Of a DNA stretch of 22,037 nucleotides, positions 16,844-22,037 are shown piece by piece. A program made the position numbers and the translations under genes. Position 1 is the first letter of the stretch. Every line of letters begins with the position of its first letter. Origin of the DNA: an uncultured Phycisphaerales bacterium. Its GTDB lineage: Bacteria > Planctomycetota > Phycisphaerae > Phycisphaerales > SM1A02. Location: NCBI GenBank assembly GCA_938084645.1, contig CALKEP010000016.1:1-22037 (forward strand). The letters are read 5' to 3'. The notes beneath the pieces were generated by a model. That model had not been told where the DNA came from and searched no databases. It saw only the letters and a list, made by a program, of their open reading frames with translations.

Positions 16844-18112
16844 ATGACGGCTCGCGAACAACCGGTCCTGATCGTGGGTGGCGGCATCATCGGGCTCTCC
16901 GCCGCCCGGGCGCTGCACCGTCGCGGCGTGCCCTGCACGATCCTCGACCAGGAACCGATCCGGGACGGCGCGAGTTGCGGCAACGCCGGCCTGATCGTCT
17001 ACGGCCATCCCCCGCTGACCCGGCCCGGGGTGAGCGTGCAGGGGCTCAAGTGGATGTTCGATCGCAACAGCCCGCTCTACATCCGACCCCGCCTCGACGG
17101 CGACCTCGCTCGCTGGCTCCTGACGTTCCACCGCCACTGCCGCAGACCGCACTTCGAAGCGTGCCTCGCCGTGCTCGCCCACCTCGGCTGGGAGACCGCC
17201 CGGGCGTTCGACGAGATCCTCGAGGACACGCCCATCGACTGCGACTGGCGCCCGACCGGGTGGCTCGACGTCTGCCTCGAGACGCGGAACCTCGACGAGG
17301 CCGAGCGGGAGATCGACCATCTCGCGCCGTTCGGCTACTCCGCGGAACGGCTCGACGGCGAGGCCCTTCGGTCGACCGATTCCGCGTTCGGCGACGCGGT
17401 GGCCGGCGCGATCCGCTGGGACCAGAGCGCGACGATGGACCCGATGGCCTTCATGGCCGGACTTCGCCGATCGCTGCAGTCCGAGGGCGTGACGATTCGA
17501 GAAGGGGTGGACGCCGGGGTCGAACGCCTCCTCGTCGACGACGACCGGATCACCGGTGTCGTGCTCGCGACCGGCGAGATCCTGAGCGCCGATCGCGTGG
17601 TCCTCGCCGCCGGCACCTGGTCGGGCCCGCTGGCGGCGACCGCGGGCGTCGACGTGCCGATGCAGCCGGCCCGGGGCTACCACCGCGAACTGACGGGACT
17701 CTCGAAGGTCCCTTCGGTCGGCGGCGTGTTCCGGGAGACGTTCATCGCCTTCACGCCGATGTTCGATCGGCTTCGCCTCGCCGGGACGCTCGAGATCACC
17801 GATCACGGTCGACCGTGGACGCGTTCCCGACTGGAGAACCTCACCCGCGCCGCCCGGCCCTATCTGAACGACGTCGCGACCGGCGAGGTCACCGCGGAAT
17901 GGGCGGGCTACCGGCCGTGCACGCCGGACGGCATGCCGATGATCGGCGAGATCCCATGGGCCCGCGGACTCGTCGTCGCCACCGGCCACGCGATGATGGG
18001 CATGACGCTGGGGCCGATCACCGGGCGACTGGTCGCGGAGATCGTCTGCGACGGCGCCCCCTCGATCGAGTCACCCCTGCTCGATGCCGCCCGGTTCGGC
18101 CGCGTCGGCTGA
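16844..18112 (+). CDS. D-amino acid dehydrogenase (DadA/DAO family FAD oxidoreductase); substrate unknown
   Basis: VLIVGGGIIG, GASCGNAGLI, SPLYIRP, VVLAAGTWS, PARGY, LRLAGTLE, WAGYRPCTPDGMPMIG, ATGHAMMGMTLGPITG. Confidence 0.88.
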   Translation: MTAREQPVLIVGGGIIGLSAARALHRRGVPCTILDQEPIRDGASCGNAGLIVYGHPPLTRPGVSVQGLKWMFDRNSPLYIRPRLDGDLARWLLTFHRHCRRPHFEACLAVLAHLGWETARAFDEILEDTPIDCDWRPTGWLDVCLETRNLDEAEREIDHLAPFGYSAERLDGEALRSTDSAFGDAVAGAIRWDQSATMDPMAFMAGLRRSLQSEGVTIREGVDAGVERLLVDDDRITGVVLATGEILSADRVVLAAGTWSGPLAATAGVDVPMQPARGYHRELTGLSKVPSVGGVFRETFIAFTPMFDRLRLAGTLEITDHGRPWTRSRLENLTRAARPYLNDVATGEVTAEWAGYRPCTPDGMPMIGEIPWARGLVVATGHAMMGMTLGPITGRLVAEIVCDGAPSIESPLLDAARFGRVG

Positions 18113-18136
18113 ACGAGCGATCCCACGATCCGTCGC

Positions 18137-19048
18137 TCAGTCCTCGGGCCACAGCCACGCGGCGCCGCGGACGCCGCTCGAATCGCCGTGGAGATGACGA
18201 AGGATCGGCGTGCTTCCGGAGGCGCCGAAGATGCGGGCGTTCACCATCGGTGGCACGGCGTCGTAGATCGAGTCGAGGTTGCTCACGCCGCCGCCGAGCA
18301 CGATGGCATCCGGATCGAGCAGGTCGACGACGGTGACCAGGCTCTCCGCCAGTCGCTCGTGAAAACGATCGAGCACCGCAGACGCCGCCGGATCCGCGTC
18401 GACCCGCGCCGCGATCTCGGCGAGGGGCCGGGCTTCACCCGAGCGGTCCGCGTACTCCGCTTCGACCGCCGGCCCGCTCAGGTACTGCTCGAGACAGTCG
18501 GTGCGACCGCAGTAGCAGTGGCGGGGCGCCACGTTGCGGATGTCGCGATGCGGGAGGCCCATGTGCCCCCACTCGCCGCCGACCCCGTTCCGACCTTCGT
18601 GGACCACGCCGTCGATGACCACCCCACCGCCGACCCCGGTCCCGAGGATCACCCCGAAGACCAGTCGATGTCCGCGGGCGGCGCCGTCGACGGCCTCCGA
18701 CAACGCGAAACAGTTCGCGTCGTTCGCGGTCCGGAGCGGATGCCCGACCGCGGTCGCGAGATCGGCCTGGAAGGGGCGACCGTTCAGGCAGGTCGAATTG
18801 GAATTCCGGTGCAGCCCGGTGCCGCGATCCACCGAGCCGGGCGTTCCCACCCCGACGGTGATCGCGTCGGACGTCCCGCCGGCCTCGACCGCGACCCGGC
18901 GGACCAGCGTCGCGACCGAGTCGATCGTTCCCTGGTAGTCGCCCTGCGGCGTCGCGACGCGTTCGCGAACGGCGATGGCGCCCTCGACCAGCGCGATCGC
19001 TTCGATCTTCGTGCCCCCGAGGTCGATGCCGATCCGGATGCGGGCCAT
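18137..19048 (-). CDS. ROK-family sugar kinase (fructokinase Mak/NagK-like)
   Basis: IGIDLGGTKIE, NDANCFALSEA, GVILGTGVGGG, GEWGH, Zn motif CYCGRTDCLEQYLSG; no N-terminal HTH; start 1 nt after the hutF stop. Confidence 0.9.
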   Translation of the reverse strand: MARIRIGIDLGGTKIEAIALVEGAIAVRERVATPQGDYQGTIDSVATLVRRVAVEAGGTSDAITVGVGTPGSVDRGTGLHRNSNSTCLNGRPFQADLATAVGHPLRTANDANCFALSEAVDGAARGHRLVFGVILGTGVGGGVVIDGVVHEGRNGVGGEWGHMGLPHRDIRNVAPRHCYCGRTDCLEQYLSGPAVEAEYADRSGEARPLAEIAARVDADPAASAVLDRFHERLAESLVTVVDLLDPDAIVLGGGVSNLDSIYDAVPPMVNARIFGASGSTPILRHLHGDSSGVRGAAWLWPED

Positions 19049-19049
19049 G

Positions 19050-20405
19050 TCAGGAGCCCCCTCCGGCGACGTCCGGCCCGCCCCGCACCCAGCGTCCGCC
19101 GACACAGGTGCCGACGAGGCAGTCCGGCCCGGTGCCGAACACGAGCGCCTCCGCGAGATGATCGGGGTCGACCCCTTCGAGCGTTCGATGCTGGAGATCG
19201 ACGGCCACGAAGTCGGCGAGGCGGCCGGGCGCGATCTCGCCGGCGTCGACGCCGAGACTGGCGGCCCCGTTTCGGGTGCCGATGTCGAGCAGCGCCCGCC
19301 CGGTCCGGCCTTGAGCGTCGATCACGCCGCCGCGCATCTGGTGCCGGACCCGCTGGACGTATTCGATCCAGCGGAGATCCTCCGCGGGCGCGATCCGACT
19401 GTTCAAGTCGGTCCCGATCGAGATGTCGATCCCCGCCTCCCGCATCGTGGCGAGATCGCAGATCCCGTCCCCGAGGTTGCCTTCGGTGTTCGGGCAGAGG
19501 CAGATCCGTCCGCCCGCGGCACCGAAGGCGCGAAGGTCTTCGGCCGTCGAGTGGGTGCAGTGCACCGCGGTGGTGCGATCGTCGATCACGCCGTGCTCGA
19601 GGGCGAGCCGCATCGGGGTCCGGTCGTGCCGGCGTCCGCAGTCCTCGATCTCCTTCACGACCTCCTCGAGGTGCAGGTGGAAGACCGTGCCGCGTCGCGT
19701 GGCCTCGGCGTGAATCGCCGCGATCCGGTCGATCGGCACCGCCCGGGTCGAGTGGGCGACCGCCGCGACCGACTGAAGCGGTCCGGTCGCCAGCCCCGCT
19801 GCTCGATCGAGACTCGCGAGGTACGCGTCGAGCGTGCCGGTGTCGAATCGGCGCTGCCCCCCGCCGAGCGGCTCGTCGTCGAATCCCCCCCGGACGTAGT
19901 CGCAGTGCAGGAGGACGATCCGGATGCCGGCGTCCCGGGCGGCCCGCAGGACCGCGTCGTCGAGTGCCCAGCGGGTCGCGTCGCCCTGGTCGGCGGCGTG
20001 GTGGATGTAGTGGAACTCCCCGACCGTGGTGATTCCCGCATCGAGCATCTCCTCGAAGGCGAGCCGACTGGTTCGATACGCTCGATCCACGTCGAGCGAC
20101 GCGACGAGCTCGTACATCGAGTTCCGCCACGTGAAGAACGACCCGCGTCCGGCCCGGAACGTCTCGCCGAGCCCCCGCATGCCCCGTTGGAACGCGTGAC
20201 TGTGCGCGTTGACGAAGCCCGGGAGGAGGGCCACCGGCCAGTCGGAGGGCCCGGTGGCGGGTCGGATCGCTCGGACCCGGTCGCCCTGGATGACGATCTC
20301 CTGATCGGCGACGAATCCCCTATCGGACCAGACCATCGCCGGGCGAAGCAGGACCGGCAGGTCGTTGGAATCGTCTTCGTCACCGAGGGGAGCGGAAATG
20401 GCCAT
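19050..20405 (-). CDS. hutF: Formimidoylglutamate deiminase (amidohydrolase)
   Basis: LPGFVNAHSHAFQR, FFTWRNSMY, GITTVGEFHYIHH, AHSTRAV, HLHLEE..KE, VHCTH, CPNTEGNLGDG, GTDLN. Confidence 0.85.
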   Translation of the reverse strand: MAISAPLGDEDDSNDLPVLLRPAMVWSDRGFVADQEIVIQGDRVRAIRPATGPSDWPVALLPGFVNAHSHAFQRGMRGLGETFRAGRGSFFTWRNSMYELVASLDVDRAYRTSRLAFEEMLDAGITTVGEFHYIHHAADQGDATRWALDDAVLRAARDAGIRIVLLHCDYVRGGFDDEPLGGGQRRFDTGTLDAYLASLDRAAGLATGPLQSVAAVAHSTRAVPIDRIAAIHAEATRRGTVFHLHLEEVVKEIEDCGRRHDRTPMRLALEHGVIDDRTTAVHCTHSTAEDLRAFGAAGGRICLCPNTEGNLGDGICDLATMREAGIDISIGTDLNSRIAPAEDLRWIEYVQRVRHQMRGGVIDAQGRTGRALLDIGTRNGAASLGVDAGEIAPGRLADFVAVDLQHRTLEGVDPDHLAEALVFGTGPDCLVGTCVGGRWVRGGPDVAGGGS

Positions 20406-20412
20406 GGGATTC

Positions 20413-20418
20413 ATGCTA
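20413..20418 (-). promoter_or_regulatory. -10 box (TAGCAT) of a probably leaderless hutF
   Basis: TAGCAT, 7 nt, ATG at 20405; no SD. Confidence 0.55.
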
Positions 20419-20443
20419 AGGGACGCGGAGATGCGATGGAGGG

Positions 20444-20452
20444 TGCTACCAT
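20444..20452 (+). promoter_or_regulatory. Extended -10 (TGc-TACCAT) of folE
   Basis: TGCTACCAT, followed by SD GGAG (20473-20476) and GTG at 20484. Confidence 0.6.
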
Positions 20453-20483
20453 CATCGACCCGTCCCACCCCCGGAGATTGTCC

Positions 20484-21101
20484 GTGCTCGAGCCCCGCCC
20501 CTACACCGAATTCGACCCCGAGAGCGATGCCAGCATCGAGGCGATGGCTCACATCAAATCGCTGCTGGGCTTCATCGGCGAGGATCCCGAACGCGAAGGT
20601 CTCGTCGATACCCCGAAGCGGGTCGTGAAGGCGATGAACGAGCACTACTGGGGATACCGGGCCGACCCCTTCGAGCCACTGCAGAGGACCTTCAGCGAGG
20701 TCGAGAACTACGACGAGCTGGTCCTGCTCCAGAACATGGAGATCCAGAGCCACTGCGAGCACCACATGGTGCCCTTCGTCGGCAAGGCGCACGTCGCCTA
20801 CATCCCGAGCGGACGGGTGGTCGGCCTCTCGAAGATCGCCCGCGTGATCGAGATCTTCTCCAAGCGACTCCAGGTCCAGGAGAAGCTCACCGCCCAGATC
20901 GCGAACACCATCCAGGAGGCCCTCCAGCCGCAGGGCGTCGCCGTGATCATCCAGGCCCGGCACTTCTGCATGTGCTATCGCGGCGTCAAGCAGAGCAACG
21001 CCTGGACCACCACCAGCAAGTTGCACGGCGTCTTCCTCGAGGACTCCGCCGCCCGGATGGAGCTGCTGACGCTGATCGGCTCGAGTCCCGGACGCGACTG
21101 A
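20484..21101 (+). CDS. folE: GTP cyclohydrolase I (type IA)
   Basis: GEDPEREGLVDTPKRV, SHCEHHMVPFVG.AHVAYIP, VVGLSKIAR, RLQVQEKLT.QIA, HFCMCYRG; start inferred from SD plus GTG. Confidence 0.96.
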   Translation: MLEPRPYTEFDPESDASIEAMAHIKSLLGFIGEDPEREGLVDTPKRVVKAMNEHYWGYRADPFEPLQRTFSEVENYDELVLLQNMEIQSHCEHHMVPFVGKAHVAYIPSGRVVGLSKIARVIEIFSKRLQVQEKLTAQIANTIQEALQPQGVAVIIQARHFCMCYRGVKQSNAWTTTSKLHGVFLEDSAARMELLTLIGSSPGRD

Positions 21102-21136
21102 GGCGGCCCGAACGCCACAGGCGATTGTGAAACAAC

Positions 21137-21179
21137 GCACCCCGGCGGTCTCCGATGAGACGGCCGGGGTGCTGGTTTT
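21137..21179 (+). terminator. Terminator of folE
   Basis: GCACCCCGGC-G-GTCTC-CGAT-GAGAC-G-GCCGGGGTGC followed by TGGTTTT. Confidence 0.7.
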
Positions 21180-21275
21180 CGACGCGAGTTTGAAGGGAGT
21201 TTTGGGGGCGTTCGATGGGAAATCGATGGGCCGGACGCCCCGGACGCCTTTGAACCGGAACTTCCCTTCGAGTAC

Positions 21276-21351
21276 TCAGGGCTTCAAGCATTCACCGCTT
21301 CAAGCGTTGAGGGCTTCAAGCGTTCAGGGCTTCAAGCGTTCACGTTCACGT
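21276..21351. repeat. Tandem repeat: 4 x 16 nt (consensus TCAGGGCTTCAAGCGT, itself 2 x 8-mer) plus 2 x TCACGT
   Basis: Units at 21276, 21292, 21308, 21324; TCACGT at 21340 and 21346. Confidence 0.9.
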
Positions 21352-22037
21352 CAGCGACGTCGGCGTCGGCCGACCAGGCCCACGCCCGTCATCGCGGCCA
21401 GACCACCCAGGCCCGGCACCGCGCTCGAGCCCGCCGGCGGCATCGTGAAGACCTGGGTGTCGCTCAGAAAGTTCGGAGCACCCGGGGTCTGGAAGTTGTA
21501 GGCGAGGCTCCCGCCGAAGCTCAGCGTCACGCCCGCGGCACTGCCGCCGTCCGCGATCACGAAGCGGCCGAGGAAGACCTTGTAGTTCACGTCCACGTCG
21601 CCCCAACCCGAGGTCGGATCGCTCGCGTACCAGCCGGCATCGGTCGAGATCGAACCCGCGTCGGTGCTGCTGCCGGTATCCGCGAAATTCATGTCCAAGG
21701 CCGCCGCATTCGGCGTCCCCGCGGTGCCCATGGTCACGAAACTGTCGGCGCCCACGATCGCGCCGATGGCGTCGTACGACGCATTCCAATAGCCATTGCC
21801 GCCACCGGCGGTGTCGGCATCGTTGTGGATGAAGTCGCCGGTGCTCAGCGAGATCGACATGTCGAAGAGATTCAGGACCCGGATGCCACCGGCGTTGAAC
21901 GACGCGTAGACGTCGAAGACGCCGTAGGTGCCCGCACCGCTGGAGACCGTGTTGCCGCTGCCATCCACCCGGTACATGTCCGCGGTGAAGGACATGGTCG
22001 TCACGGTGCCCGCGGTCGCCGCGGTGCCGAGGCACGC
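21351..22037 (-). CDS. Secreted surface protein with a PEP-CTERM-like sorting signal; 5' end lies outside the window
   Basis: Frame open to the window edge (..ACLGTAATA|GTVTTMSF looks like a signal-peptide end); Gly/Ser/Thr/Asp-rich body; C-terminus AVPGLGGLAAMTGVGLVGRRRRR. Confidence 0.8.
   Translation of the reverse strand, partial: ACLGTAATAGTVTTMSFTADMYRVDGSGNTVSSGAGTYGVFDVYASFNAGGIRVLNLFDMSISLSTGDFIHNDADTAGGGNGYWNASYDAIGAIVGADSFVTMGTAGTPNAAALDMNFADTGSSTDAGSISTDAGWYASDPTSGWGDVDVNYKVFLGRFVIADGGSAAGVTLSFGGSLAYNFQTPGAPNFLSDTQVFTMPPAGSSAVPGLGGLAAMTGVGLVGRRRRR

Noticed and set aside
82..21140. Many long overlapping or antisense ORFs (e.g. 82-1626+, 3827-5365+, 5435-7006+, 7610-8989+, 11083-13668+, 16574-17989-, and the N-terminal extensions of the 18975-21101 and 19050-21140 entries)
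   Set aside because: They are shadow frames of well-supported genes in high-GC DNA, Arg/Pro-rich or mirror-codon in composition, with no recognisable motifs.
21276..21339. Possible CRISPR array
   Set aside because: The 16-nt units are contiguous with no spacers, and there are no cas genes.
1..22037. Mobile element, prophage or anti-phage defence system
   Set aside because: No integrase, transposase, nuclease, reverse transcriptase or toxin motifs were recognised; the gene content is housekeeping-like.

Overview
High-GC bacterial chromosomal segment, most consistent with Planctomycetota (Phycisphaerae-like). This is inferred from the VPG...GRRRRR sorting-signal protein and the GH10-like protein type. 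It is mostly core or semi-core genes: tRNA-Ser(GCT), a YbdG-type MscS channel, a Tat-signal flavin amine/L-amino-acid oxidase, a coupled GH10-like–ComEA-like–mfd run, purC, an orphan ECF sigma factor, a secreted repeat protein, folD, two tandem TlpA-TPR paralogs, a DadA-like oxidoreductase, a ROK kinase, hutF, folE and a 5'-truncated PEP-CTERM-like protein. I found no integrase, transposase, CRISPR array or recognisable defence system. The most notable points are: (1) five genes have a TAnnnT box 6-7 nt before the ATG and no Shine-Dalgarno, suggesting leaderless mRNAs; (2) a probable ~130-nt sRNA with a CCUCCU motif lies between two minus-strand terminators downstream of the ECF gene; (3) three proteins show active-site changes: FolD lacks its cyclohydrolase residues, the GH10-like protein lacks its catalytic glutamates, and one TlpA paralog has no cysteine; (4) an 8/16-nt tandem repeat with nested stems lies downstream of the sorting-signal gene. 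All calls come from reading motifs by eye; no database searches were run.
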